Below are positions 48,157 to 57,972 of a stretch of 64,000 nt of DNA, one piece after another. Under the pieces are notes generated by a model. That model saw nothing but the letters and a program-made list of their open reading frames with translations. It was not told the origin of the DNA and made no database searches. This stretch comes from Patescibacteria group bacterium. GTDB taxonomy: Bacteria; Patescibacteriota; Microgenomatia; Levybacterales; UBA12049. The stretch is from NCBI GenBank assembly GCA_038061615.1, contig JBBTYY010000015.1, forward strand, positions 1,298 through 65,297, in the 5' to 3' direction. The position numbers were made by a program, and so were the translations under genes. Positions within the stretch are counted from its first letter, which is position 1, and every line of letters starts with the position of its first letter.

Positions 48157-49289
48157 GAAATCTTGATTGTTCCAAGCTTTTTGCTAAATTTAAATTTCCT
48201 ATCAACCGCTAGGTACAAATACAAACAAAGAACTGGAAGGAAGATTAATATAATTTTTAATAATGGAGTTGATCCAGAATATGTTCCGGAAAACATAAAG
48301 GGAGCATAGCTTAAGAGTAAACCAAACGAAATTGCATTTGAGAGATACAGGAGATTCCTTCTTTGAGGTATTAGATATGAAAATACCAAAAACCAAATTG
48401 CATACCATGGATATATCTCTTCTCTAAGGAATGACAAGAAAAAGATCAGCATCATAGATAAGGCGGAAATAAAAAAAACTCTCTCCCAATTTATACTTTC
48501 TTTTCTAATTGTTTTTAGAATTATATAAATAAAAACAGGGAAAAGAAAAATCGTAGAATATTTTATTAATATAGAGGCTATGATAAAAATTAAACTCAAG
48601 AAAATTCTTTTTTTAATTAGAAAATAGAAGGATAAAAGTGCGAAAAACATCATAACGATATCATTATGGGAACTTACTAATGTTTCCATAATAATTAATG
48701 GGCTTAATGCAAATAAGAAAACAGATTTCATATTTTTTGAAATCTTCGAAACTAAAAAGATAGTACCTAGGTAGAATAAAATGACTAGCAGTTTAAAATT
48801 AAATAGAGTAAGAACATAATTATCAAATCCCAATATAAAACTGATACCAGTGATTTTTATCCAAACGGGACCATACAATGCAACTTTATTCACCGCCCTC
48901 GTAAAAATCAAAAGAGGATCGCCTACGAACTCGATGGGCATAAGTATGTATGGATTTTCTCTATAAAAGAACAAAACTTTTGAGGTTGCGATGTAATTAA
49001 ATATATCATAGGAGAGTATTGCAGGGTACGCTAGAAATAAGATACCGGAAGTTACTAGTATTATTTTTTTAATGTTTATACTTTTTTGATATTTTAGAAT
49101 GAGATAATAAAAAACAAAAAATAATAAAACAAAAATAACATACGTCATCGTTGCAATTGTTCTGCTATTTGCTGCAAGCCCGGTGTAAATGTTATGGAGA
49201 TACGATAAGTTTTGATCGGTAAATAGGTAAGAAAAGATTACAAATAAGAAAAGGGTAAAAAAATATACTGGGAGAAATAGCTTCTTCAT
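48153..49289 (-). CDS. DUF2029/GT87-like polytopic membrane glycosyltransferase
   Basis: 378 aa, ~10 TM. SYDIFNYIATSKVLFFYRENPY resembles the GT87 SDDVYRY-WDG...NPY signature loop. Confidence 0.5.
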   Translation of the reverse strand: MKKLFLPVYFFTLFLFVIFSYLFTDQNLSYLHNIYTGLAANSRTIATMTYVIFVLLFFVFYYLILKYQKSINIKKIILVTSGILFLAYPAILSYDIFNYIATSKVLFFYRENPYILMPIEFVGDPLLIFTRAVNKVALYGPVWIKITGISFILGFDNYVLTLFNFKLLVILFYLGTIFLVSKISKNMKSVFLFALSPLIIMETLVSSHNDIVMMFFALLSFYFLIKKRIFLSLIFIIASILIKYSTIFLFPVFIYIILKTIRKESINWERVFFISALSMMLIFFLSFLREEIYPWYAIWFLVFSYLIPQRRNLLYLSNAISFGLLLSYAPFMFSGTYSGSTPLLKIILIFLPVLCLYLYLAVDRKFKFSKKLGTIKIS

Positions 49290-49813
49290 AACGTTTTACT
49301 TCTTATAGCTATAGACGTATCGATAGTTGTCCAAAGATTTAGATTGGTTGGGGTATCTTTCTCCGGCGTCCATTTAAATTTATCAGGAACATTATTTTTT
49401 AATTTTTCAAACTCTTCAATGTGTTTCCTTGAAGCTTCTTTTAAAATTTTCTGTTTTTCGGATGTATTTTTTCCTTCTTTTTTTGCGGAAAGCAAATAAG
49501 GATAAATTTTCTCAAAGTATTGATTGGACTTAAGAAGAGATTTATATGCGAGGAGATATTGTTTATATTCAAATAGGGTTTTTGCTTGCACTAAATATTT
49601 ATCCGAAAGTCTTTGATAATAGTATGACTTACCGAAATTCCCAAAATACCAAAAGTAAGATACTTTTTCTATAACTTGATTAATTGTGTAAAACTTATTT
49701 CCGGGCATTTGTGAAGGATACGGAAGAACATAAGTTGACCCTGCATAAGCAGAAGTCGATAAGTACAAGAAAAAAACGAGGAGAAGTAATGTTTTCCATA
49801 GGCAACTTCTCAT
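49286..49813 (-). CDS. Secreted hypothetical protein (signal peptide)
   Basis: 175 aa. N-terminal MRSCLWKTLLLLVFFLYLSTSAYA signal peptide, Tyr/Lys-rich mature part, no recognisable domain. Confidence 0.45.
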   Translation of the reverse strand: MRSCLWKTLLLLVFFLYLSTSAYAGSTYVLPYPSQMPGNKFYTINQVIEKVSYFWYFGNFGKSYYYQRLSDKYLVQAKTLFEYKQYLLAYKSLLKSNQYFEKIYPYLLSAKKEGKNTSEKQKILKEASRKHIEEFEKLKNNVPDKFKWTPEKDTPTNLNLWTTIDTSIAIRSKTL

Positions 49814-50805
49814 TTTGAATTTTGAATTTTGAATTTTGAATTATTGTTATGCCACTCCCAAGCGGTTTTAACTATTGTCTCTAAGCTTGAATATTTTGGC
49901 TCAAAATTAAGTTCTCGTTTAATTTTTGCAGGATCTGCTATTAAAACTTCTGCGTCCCCTGGTCTTTTATCGGCAATTTTTACTTTAAAATCTATTTCTG
50001 ATACTTTTTTTACCATCTCTAAAACCTCTTTATTAGAATATCCCTTACCGGTTCCGACATTATAGAAAAATCCTCCGTTATCTCTCCCAAGCTTATCCAA
50101 AACAAGAAGGTGAGACTCAACTAAATCTATCACATGAATATAATCGCGAATGCATGTTCCATCCTTCGTATTATAATCATTGCCGTAGAGACTAAGCTCT
50201 GAACCTTCTAAAGCTGCCTTAACAGCAAGAGGAATTATGTGTGTTTCGGGATTATGCTTTTCGCCAAGTCGCGCGTCCAAAGATGCGCCTGCCGCATTAA
50301 AATATCTAAGACTTGCAAAATTTAATCCATAGATCCTGTTATACCATGATAAAATTTTCTCAACCATCAGCTTGCTTTCTCCGTATGGATTTGTGGGATT
50401 TGTCACATGATCCTCGGGAATTGGAATTTTCATTGGATTTCCATAAACACCTGCGGTTGAAGAAAATATAAAAGATCCAACTTTATTTTTTACTGCATTC
50501 TCAATCAGCCTCAATGCCCCAAAAACATTATTCTTAAAGTATATGCTTGGGTTTTCCATTGATTCTGCCATAGAGATGCAACCTGCAAAATGTAGAATTG
50601 AATCAAATTTGTTTTCTTTAAATAAGCTATCGATAAAACTTTCATCTGAAACATCTCCTTCTACTAATCTTGCTCTCGAATCAACAGCTTCTTTGTGTCC
50701 TCGGGACAAGTTATCTAAAACAGTTACCTCATCTCCTCTCTCAAGGAATCTTCTAACCATAAAGCTTCCAATATATCCGGCACCGCCAGTAACAAGTATT
50801 TTCAT
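49810..50805 (-). CDS. galE: UDP-glucose 4-epimerase (GalE-like)
   Basis: 331 aa. MKILVTGGAGYIGS, HFAG, SSTAGVYG, YGESKL and the overall GalE pattern. Confidence 0.8.
   Translation of the reverse strand: MKILVTGGAGYIGSFMVRRFLERGDEVTVLDNLSRGHKEAVDSRARLVEGDVSDESFIDSLFKENKFDSILHFAGCISMAESMENPSIYFKNNVFGALRLIENAVKNKVGSFIFSSTAGVYGNPMKIPIPEDHVTNPTNPYGESKLMVEKILSWYNRIYGLNFASLRYFNAAGASLDARLGEKHNPETHIIPLAVKAALEGSELSLYGNDYNTKDGTCIRDYIHVIDLVESHLLVLDKLGRDNGGFFYNVGTGKGYSNKEVLEMVKKVSEIDFKVKIADKRPGDAEVLIADPAKIKRELNFEPKYSSLETIVKTAWEWHNNNSKFKIQNSK
49812..49839. repeat. (ATTTTGA)x4 tandem heptamer at a gene junction
   Basis: Directly visible. Encodes the C-terminal NSKFKIQNSK of the GalE-like gene and overlaps the start of the downstream gene. 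Confidence 0.9.
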
Positions 50806-50813
50806 AGTTTGTA

Positions 50814-50841
50814 AGCCTTAAAGACTTAAGACTTAAGACTT
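50814..50841. repeat. (AGACTTA)x3 + AGACCTA tandem heptamer filling the intergenic spacer
   Basis: Directly visible between the galE start codon and the stop of the four-helix-bundle gene. The same TAAGACN/AAGTCTT heptad family recurs at 42363-42397, 51208-51235, 51682-51716, 59957-60023 and 61662-61749. Confidence 0.9.
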
Positions 50842-51202
50842 AAGACCTAAGTTTCCAATATTTTATCAAGGAATTTACCATTTTGCTAATTTCTTCTGCA
50901 TCCATCTGTAAATTATCGTAGGTAGATTTCGAAATATAGCCTAAATCCATGGAAAGGATAAGATAGTATTTAACCTCTTCTAGAGATCCGTTTGAAATAT
51001 ACAAAAACTGAATAAATTCTTTCTTATGGTTTCTAGCATTTCCTTCTATAATATTTGCAACAATCGAAACACTAGCTCTTCTGATTTGACTTATTAATCC
51101 AAATGTCTCGTGTTGAGGAAACGTTTTAGTGATTTTATAAATTTTAATTACGAATTGATGAGCTTTTTTATAAACTTTTAAACTTTCGAATTTGTTTGCC
51201 AT
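50840..51202 (-). CDS. Four-helix-bundle protein (TIGR02436 / '23S rRNA IVS protein' family), second copy
   Basis: 120 aa. YKITKTFPQHETFGLISQIRRASVSIVANIIEGNAR. Bracketed on both sides by TAAGACN-type heptamer tracts. Confidence 0.7.
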   Translation of the reverse strand: MANKFESLKVYKKAHQFVIKIYKITKTFPQHETFGLISQIRRASVSIVANIIEGNARNHKKEFIQFLYISNGSLEEVKYYLILSMDLGYISKSTYDNLQMDAEEISKMVNSLIKYWKLRS

Positions 51203-51216
51203 AATGCTCTTACTTC

Positions 51217-52014
51217 TTAAGTCTTACGTCTTAAATACTTTACATACGCTACGGGAAATCGAAGGGAAGAAAAAAGAGAAAACACAAATCCCGGCCAGAG
51301 ATCCATAAAACCTTTATGTCTGAAATAAGTAATCAAAAACCAATGCGGAGGTTTTAAGAACACAAGTCCCAACCCATACAAAATTTTTTGAAATCTGTTC
51401 TTATTTTTAAGTTTATCTTTGGTTTGGCTTGAGATAAGACCTGTATATCTGCTCCATTTCAATATATATTCAGAAAAATCTTTGTAAGGATAATGCAATA
51501 ACGCTTCATCTAAATATCCCACTTCGCCATCTACCTCCGCCTGCTCATGAACATCTTTTTGCGGAAGTCTTCCTCTGCCTCTTTTATAGAGTCTTAAGGT
51601 GTAATCCGGATATTGCCCTCCTTTTAATAAAAACCGTCCCAAAAACCAATTTTTTCTGGGAATCCAATAACCGTTGATATCAGACTTAGGACTTAAGACA
51701 TAAGACTTATGAGATAAAATTTCTTTAATTTCATTTGCAAGTTCAGGTGTAACTCTTTCGTCTGCATCAAGCTGAAGTATCCAATCACAAGTTGCCATAT
51801 CAATTGCCATCTGTTTATTAATATGAAAAACGGGTTTGTTTGTTGTTATTTTTATCCTTGCCCCAAATTTTTTGGCAATTTCAACAGTTTTGTCTTTTGA
51901 TGAACCATCTACCACAACTATCTCATCGGCAATATCTTTTATACTGTTAAGACATGCGGAAAGATTATTTTCTTCATTATATGTTGCCAAAACCACGGAA
52001 AGAGTTTTTCCCAT
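51217..52014 (-). CDS. GT2 glycosyltransferase
   Basis: 265 aa. LSVVLATYNEENNL, IVVVDGSSKDKT and QLDADE (DxD). Confidence 0.75.
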   Translation of the reverse strand: MGKTLSVVLATYNEENNLSACLNSIKDIADEIVVVDGSSKDKTVEIAKKFGARIKITTNKPVFHINKQMAIDMATCDWILQLDADERVTPELANEIKEILSHKSYVLSPKSDINGYWIPRKNWFLGRFLLKGGQYPDYTLRLYKRGRGRLPQKDVHEQAEVDGEVGYLDEALLHYPYKDFSEYILKWSRYTGLISSQTKDKLKNKNRFQKILYGLGLVFLKPPHWFLITYFRHKGFMDLWPGFVFSLFSSLRFPVAYVKYLRRKT

Positions 52015-52026
52015 GTAATGATGATA

Positions 52027-53679
52027 CTAAGAAAGCCTCATTTTTACAAACTTAAACAATAAGAAACCTATTATATTGAGGCTAACTACTATAGATATGG
52101 CATCGGATAGCGCTCTGATCTTTGTTTCTTTATAGTATACCTCCACAAGGTAGCTACCCTTGTCTAATCTAAATGTCATGATTCCACGATAATGAGGATC
52201 TTGAAATTCCATATCCACAGATTTTTTGTTTGCAAAAATATTCCAGCCGGGAAAATATAAAGTATTTTCCGCAAATAATGTCTTTCCTAAAACATCAACG
52301 TTATATAAATGATATGTTGAAATTCTTTTTAATTCTTTTACAGTCGCTTTACCGTCTAAAACTTCCAGATGAGTCTTCGGTCTTTTTTCCATAAACCGTA
52401 CAGACCAAATTGGTGCGCTTTCTCCTGTATCTGTAGTACTGTTGTAAATACCCGTAAAAAATTCATCTGGATTTTGCAGATATCCGTTTGCCCTTACATA
52501 GTCTTTACTTTGAAACAAAATAATTAGAAGAAGCAAAACAAAAATTATTTTTTTAAATTTACTTGGAACCGCAGAAATAAAATATGCTCCCAAAACTGAA
52601 GTCGTAAAAACTATTACTGCTAAAAAACGCCAGGGAAATTGGAAGTTTTGAAGAAGAATAAATTTTGACCAAATAAAATTAGATTCCTTAAACATTAAAA
52701 ACAAAGCAAAAAAGGAGATTATAATTAATACTGAAATCAGAGTGTAATTTTTATTTTTCTTTCGATAATAATGAAATAATGCAAAAGGTGAGAAGAGCAA
52801 ACTCAACCATGAACCTATACCAAACTGAACGGTAAATTGCCCCGAGCCTCCATAGCTCCAAGAACTGTAAAGCAGATCTTTTAAATTAACAAACCGGGTT
52901 ATGTAACTACCTTTAGTAACAATATTTCTTAAAGTATATTTCCCTTCCATAAGACCAGGAATCCAAAAAAACGCAGAAAGCGAAAAACCGATCAGTATTA
53001 AGAATAAGGTATTAAGTATTAAGTATTTATTAAATTTCGATAACCAAATAAGATAGAAACAATAAGCGAGAATAAATGGTACTAACATTAAGCTTATTGC
53101 GTTGTGGGATAAAATTAGAAGAGCCAAGGATATAGCTCCAAAGATAGAATATTTATATTTTTGATCCTTATATAACTTATATAAAAAGTAGAGAGTGAGC
53201 GGGATAAATGCAAAAGCTAAATTCTCTCCAATATCTCCTCTGACGTACAAGTCAACAAATCTATAGGGAGCATAAGTGTATAAAATAGCGCCTAAAACCG
53301 CAGGAATTTCTCCCAAAAAAGAAGAAAGCCATAAATACATAAAAGCCAAAGACAAAATCATCCCTAAGCCAAAAACAATTTTTACAGAATCAACCAAGGA
53401 AAAACCTACAAAGTGAAAAAATGAAGCGATGTAAGACGGCAGGGGGTACAAAAACTCCAAGATCGGATGCCCGTAGCCCCAATTTAAATTCCCTGCCCAT
53501 CTTGGAATAATGTTTCCTTCCGAAAGATTTTGATAAAAATTGGCAATTCTTGCAACATGATCCTGCCCATCATGCGTAATCGGAAGACCGGCAGAGAGCA
53601 ATGATACTACAGGCAGGATAGCAAGAACAATGAGAGCTATAAAGATTGCTTTATTTTTTATTAGTTCCATAAACTTCAA
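52027..53679 (-). CDS. PTPS-related (PF10131-like) polytopic membrane protein, paralogue of 46507..48156
   Basis: 550 aa. AGLPITHDGQDHVARIANF...IPRWAGNLNWGYGHPILEFLYPLP, ~10 TM, and a C-terminal periplasmic domain. Includes a heptad tract at 52994-53028. Confidence 0.65.
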   Translation of the reverse strand: MKFMELIKNKAIFIALIVLAILPVVSLLSAGLPITHDGQDHVARIANFYQNLSEGNIIPRWAGNLNWGYGHPILEFLYPLPSYIASFFHFVGFSLVDSVKIVFGLGMILSLAFMYLWLSSFLGEIPAVLGAILYTYAPYRFVDLYVRGDIGENLAFAFIPLTLYFLYKLYKDQKYKYSIFGAISLALLILSHNAISLMLVPFILAYCFYLIWLSKFNKYLILNTLFLILIGFSLSAFFWIPGLMEGKYTLRNIVTKGSYITRFVNLKDLLYSSWSYGGSGQFTVQFGIGSWLSLLFSPFALFHYYRKKNKNYTLISVLIIISFFALFLMFKESNFIWSKFILLQNFQFPWRFLAVIVFTTSVLGAYFISAVPSKFKKIIFVLLLLIILFQSKDYVRANGYLQNPDEFFTGIYNSTTDTGESAPIWSVRFMEKRPKTHLEVLDGKATVKELKRISTYHLYNVDVLGKTLFAENTLYFPGWNIFANKKSVDMEFQDPHYRGIMTFRLDKGSYLVEVYYKETKIRALSDAISIVVSLNIIGFLLFKFVKMRLS

Positions 53680-54946
53680 TCCCTTTTTTTCTCATTAAAT
53701 AATAATATACATAAGATTCAGGTACTCCGGCCTGGAATCCTATTTCTCTTCCTTCACGAATTGCTTTTTTTACTGTTTTTTCTCTATCATATAAACCAAC
53801 GTCCTTATAGGAAATAATAGTATTTAATCCGTTTATGGAATAACCTAGAATAAAAATTATAATAACTATTTTACCTAGCAAAAACTTTGTAGTAAAGACA
53901 AGATTTATAAAGTAAACAATAATAAGTAGCGCAATAAATCTATTTACTGCAAAGTAGTAATCACTTATCTCCCCACTATACAATGAAAAAATTACCCATG
54001 GTACTAAAAACCACAGAGCGATAAGGTAACAGATTTTTTTTGCTTCTAAGCTTGTATTCTTCTTAAGATATATCAGAAAAAAAAGAGGAACTAATATAAT
54101 TTTTAAAGGCTTGAGCCTCTCAAGTAAAATATAGGGATCAAATTGTATTAGAGCATCTCCAATCAATTGGGACATTCTTCTTAAATGAAATCCATGATAA
54201 GCATCAGAGAAATAAGCTGTGTTGGAAATATAGTTCTTGCTAGCAATTAAATAAATTATATTTGGTGTAATACTTGCTATCAAAATTGAAATTGCAATAA
54301 ATCCGTATTTTAATGTCTCCCTGGTCCTTGGAAACAAGGGTAATGAAAATAAAATTATCAGAGAAAAGAATATTGAAGTGAAATGGAGACTAAAAGAGAA
54401 ACCTACTGCAATAGATAATGGAATTATTTTTTTTACATCCCCCAAGGTTATCTTATAAAGAAGGTGGAAGATTAATAACGATACCGTTGGTAAAAGCTGC
54501 ACTGGCCATTGAACCCTATCAAACATAATCGCATTAAAACTAAAAGAATTTAACAACAGTGCGATAATTGCTGCCTCAAGGGACAAAAGTTTTTTAAAGA
54601 TAATAAATATCATCCAAAATGTAAAAATACCAGAAAATACTGCAATTGCCTGAGATGCAATAGGGTTTAAATTAAAAATGAAGTAAAAAAAAGACACAAT
54701 GTAATAGTATAGAGGTCCTACATATACTCCGCTATTTGCCTTTGCAACCATACCAACCAATGGAAATTTATGATTGACAATTATATTCATAGCTGCCCAA
54801 GCATTATCCACCTGATCATATCCGAAAGGATTTTTTATATCGAGCTGATATGTTCTTGTAAAAAGATTAAGCAGAAATATAGCAGAAATTACTAAAATAA
54901 TTTTATTATTTTTCAATAACTTCAAGTATTTTTTAATTTTTTTCAT
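53651..54946 (-). CDS. ArnT/GT83-like GT-C membrane glycosyltransferase (tandem paralogue 1, shortest)
   Basis: 431 aa. FGYDQVDNAWAAMNIIVNHKFPLVG...GPLYYYI at the N-terminus parallels the FGFDQGRDY...HKLTLIG...GPFYYY of its neighbours. ~11 TM. Lacks most of the C-terminal soluble domain. Confidence 0.55.
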   Translation of the reverse strand: MKKIKKYLKLLKNNKIILVISAIFLLNLFTRTYQLDIKNPFGYDQVDNAWAAMNIIVNHKFPLVGMVAKANSGVYVGPLYYYIVSFFYFIFNLNPIASQAIAVFSGIFTFWMIFIIFKKLLSLEAAIIALLLNSFSFNAIMFDRVQWPVQLLPTVSLLIFHLLYKITLGDVKKIIPLSIAVGFSFSLHFTSIFFSLIILFSLPLFPRTRETLKYGFIAISILIASITPNIIYLIASKNYISNTAYFSDAYHGFHLRRMSQLIGDALIQFDPYILLERLKPLKIILVPLFFLIYLKKNTSLEAKKICYLIALWFLVPWVIFSLYSGEISDYYFAVNRFIALLIIVYFINLVFTTKFLLGKIVIIIFILGYSINGLNTIISYKDVGLYDREKTVKKAIREGREIGFQAGVPESYVYYYLMRKKGIEVYGTNKK

Positions 54947-56456
54947 CTTCTTCTATCCGCTTTTGAATTATAAATCCGCTCGGTAAAGTTTTTGTATAAA
55001 CAACATCACCGGTTTTGATAACAGTCTCGAGCCAGCCTTCATAAGTCCATGGCTTATGAGGATCGGGCTCGATCAAAAGATAAAATACTCCTTTTTTTTC
55101 ATTATGAGGAATATAACCATATTTTTTTTGCCCATGCCACCAAAGTAAATAATCATAAGGATAAGTATATATTGGAGGAGTAAAAATTAGAAGTTCAAAC
55201 TTTTCTCCCTTGGCATCTTTATAAATGTAATCTATTGCATCAATTTTTCCTTTTACTTTCGCAGTGCCTCCATAATCAAAATAGTCTCTTGTATAGACAT
55301 TTACTGTATAAGAAAAATATACTGCAAAAAAATAAAAAATTATTACAAAAAAGGTTATCTTACCCAGAAGATGTTTTCTAAAAAAATAGATAAGAATAAT
55401 TCCTATAAGAAAACAATAAAATATGTATAACTGTAAAGCCCACCATGTCCACATGTGATCTTTATAAATCATGAAAATAGCAAAAAGTAAAAATGGATTT
55501 GAAACAAGGTAAAAAACAAAAGCTTTTTTTTCAAATACTTGATTTTTGTCTTTTATAAATAAGATGCTACCCAGCACCAAAATTAAAGCAATAATTTGCC
55601 AAAACTCACCAATAAAGGGAAACATTGATGAAAAGCTTGATGAGAAAATTGCGAAATGATTCATGAAGATACTCTCCGCAAGCTTGTTTGCTGTCGGGGA
55701 ATTAAGTGAAGGGAATAATAAATTCATTATTCCTTTTGTATTTAGAAATTCATGTCTCAAGTCAAAAATTATAAGCGGCAGGAGGGGTAAGAGAAAGCCA
55801 ATGATAAATCTGAGTAAAGACCTTCCTGTTATAATTTTTTTCCAAATTAGAAAAGGCACAAATAAAATTGATTGAAAAAGAAGACTTCCGCTAGTTGCGA
55901 TTTCAAAATGAGATATAAGACCAATGGTAAGACCTAAGAATCCCAAGTATTCTTTTTTACCCTGCAGTATTTTATAAATGAAATACAGAAAGAATACTGA
56001 TAAAAGAGATATAGGAAATGGAGGCCATATAAACCTAGACTGAGCAATTATATTTGGAGAAACCGCAATTAAAAATCCTATTATAACTCCTTCCTGCCAG
56101 CTAAATATTTTCTTAGTGAGGAGTATTGCGGAAACAACCGTAGCAATACCAATAATTAACATCAAAACCATCCCCCCATACGGATCTCCCCCAAAAATAA
56201 TAAAGGGAATTGCAAGTAGGTAATACCAACCCGCTCCTTGAAAAAATCCTCCGATCCCGCCCACTTGAGTTCCAATTAAAGTTAATTTATGATCAACAAC
56301 AATTTTTTTGACATCATTGTAGAATTGTCCTTGATCAAATCCAAATAAATAATTCCCGCTTAAAACTTCAACGGATCTTGGAATTAAGGCAAGTACTAGA
56401 ATAAAAATGCTAATTAATAAAAATTTTCTTTTAATTATTTTTTTAATTATTTTCAT
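54933..56456 (-). CDS. ArnT/GT83-like GT-C membrane glycosyltransferase (tandem paralogue 2)
   Basis: 507 aa. FGFDQGQFYNDVKKIVVDHKLTLIG, GDPYGGMVLM, ~11 TM. C-terminal periplasmic domain DAIDYIYKDAKGEKFELLIFTPPIYTYPYDYLLWWHG is shared with paralogues 3 and 4. Confidence 0.7.
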   Translation of the reverse strand: MKIIKKIIKRKFLLISIFILVLALIPRSVEVLSGNYLFGFDQGQFYNDVKKIVVDHKLTLIGTQVGGIGGFFQGAGWYYLLAIPFIIFGGDPYGGMVLMLIIGIATVVSAILLTKKIFSWQEGVIIGFLIAVSPNIIAQSRFIWPPFPISLLSVFFLYFIYKILQGKKEYLGFLGLTIGLISHFEIATSGSLLFQSILFVPFLIWKKIITGRSLLRFIIGFLLPLLPLIIFDLRHEFLNTKGIMNLLFPSLNSPTANKLAESIFMNHFAIFSSSFSSMFPFIGEFWQIIALILVLGSILFIKDKNQVFEKKAFVFYLVSNPFLLFAIFMIYKDHMWTWWALQLYIFYCFLIGIILIYFFRKHLLGKITFFVIIFYFFAVYFSYTVNVYTRDYFDYGGTAKVKGKIDAIDYIYKDAKGEKFELLIFTPPIYTYPYDYLLWWHGQKKYGYIPHNEKKGVFYLLIEPDPHKPWTYEGWLETVIKTGDVVYTKTLPSGFIIQKRIEEDEKN

Positions 56457-56459
56457 AAA

Positions 56460-57956
56460 TTAGTGCGTTCTCGTTTGAACTACAATTCCCCCTTTTACTG
56501 TTTTTTCTTTTTGTATTATTCCATCGTCTTCTCTATCTCTTAACCAATCTTTTAATCTAAATGGCAGATCGTAGTCGGGCTCCAGTATTACATAGAGTAA
56601 TCCAGTGTTTTTTTGGGAAGAGATATAGCTATATTTCTTTTTTCCATACCATGAAAACAAGTATCTATAAGGATAATCGTGTACGGCTGGTGTATAAACA
56701 ATATATTTAAAATCTCTTCCCTTTGCATCATTGTAAACGTAATCAATAACAGCAACTTGATTACGATATACTGCGGCATTTCCCTCCCATAAAGGATCTA
56801 TAATATTGTCTAAAACCCGCATGGGATTTAGATTAATCCAAAATAAAACAAACAACATAAGGAAAATAACCCAAGATTTTCTTAAGACAATCCTTGTTGT
56901 ATTAATAGCTATGCTTACAAGAAGGATATAGAAAACCGGAACACCAACAAGATAATGGGGCCAAATAGCTTGATTAAAGAAAATAAAGCTTATCAAAAAA
57001 ATTATAACTATGATAGCTATAGTTTGTATGAATTGTTTCTGCGTATTTTCCATCTTTTTATAAAAAAACAACAAGCTTAAGAAAACGAATGTTATCAAAA
57101 TAAAACCAACCATACTACTTTGTCCTGCTAATGTAGCACTCCATGTGTTAAATAAAGGACTTAGCCTGCTAAAGAGTTCATCAAAAATAGAAAAATGCTT
57201 AGGTAGCATGAATCCGTTGCTAAAAGCGCTAATAAATGTCTTTGTCATCAAAAAATCATGCCGAACCTCAAAAATAATCCGCGGAGAAAAAATAAATAAT
57301 AATCCTAAGACAAAAAAAGGTATTTCTTTTATTCTCAATCTTTTTCTAAAAACAAGAATTAAAGACATGCAGGTACCCAAAAAAAATAGGATTCCAAATA
57401 CTATTTCCAGATCTATGATAATCCCTAAGAACAAACCAAGTAGTAAAAAATATTTTGCTTTAGAAGTTTTAGGTTTACTATCAAAAGAGAACGCATAAAG
57501 CATCAGGAAGACAAGCAAAACAAAAAAAGGTATTAGATTTGGATTCCATATTTGCGAAGAAGACAGAACCATTATGGAAGAAATACTAATAAAAGCAGAA
57601 AAAATTATTCCTAAAAAAACTCCGCCTATCTTTTTTCCAACAATATAACTTAGTAGAATAGTGATAATTCCCATAAACCCCATGAAAAATGCAATTCCCT
57701 GTGGATTACCGGAAAAGATAAAAAATGGAATACTTAATATATAGTACCACCAAGGCCCATAGAAAATACCTTCTATCCCTGTTGTTTGTCCAATAAGGGG
57801 AATTCTATGATTTACTACTATATTTTCAACAGCAATCATGTCTCGTCCGACATCGTAAGTAAATGCAAAAGAATTATCTATAATTCCGCTTAATCTAAGC
57901 CAAGATCCAATTATTAATATAATCAGGAGCCCTAAAACAACAAACGTTTTTTTCAT
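56460..57956 (-). CDS. ArnT/GT83-like GT-C membrane glycosyltransferase (tandem paralogue 3)
   Basis: 498 aa. FAFTYDVGRDMIAVENIVVNHRIPLIG and a C-terminal VIDYVYNDAKGRDFKYIVYTPAVHDYPYRYLFSWYG domain. Confidence 0.7.
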   Translation of the reverse strand: MKKTFVVLGLLIILIIGSWLRLSGIIDNSFAFTYDVGRDMIAVENIVVNHRIPLIGQTTGIEGIFYGPWWYYILSIPFFIFSGNPQGIAFFMGFMGIITILLSYIVGKKIGGVFLGIIFSAFISISSIMVLSSSQIWNPNLIPFFVLLVFLMLYAFSFDSKPKTSKAKYFLLLGLFLGIIIDLEIVFGILFFLGTCMSLILVFRKRLRIKEIPFFVLGLLFIFSPRIIFEVRHDFLMTKTFISAFSNGFMLPKHFSIFDELFSRLSPLFNTWSATLAGQSSMVGFILITFVFLSLLFFYKKMENTQKQFIQTIAIIVIIFLISFIFFNQAIWPHYLVGVPVFYILLVSIAINTTRIVLRKSWVIFLMLFVLFWINLNPMRVLDNIIDPLWEGNAAVYRNQVAVIDYVYNDAKGRDFKYIVYTPAVHDYPYRYLFSWYGKKKYSYISSQKNTGLLYVILEPDYDLPFRLKDWLRDREDDGIIQKEKTVKGGIVVQTRTH

Positions 57957-57972
57957 AGATTTGGATTTCTCT

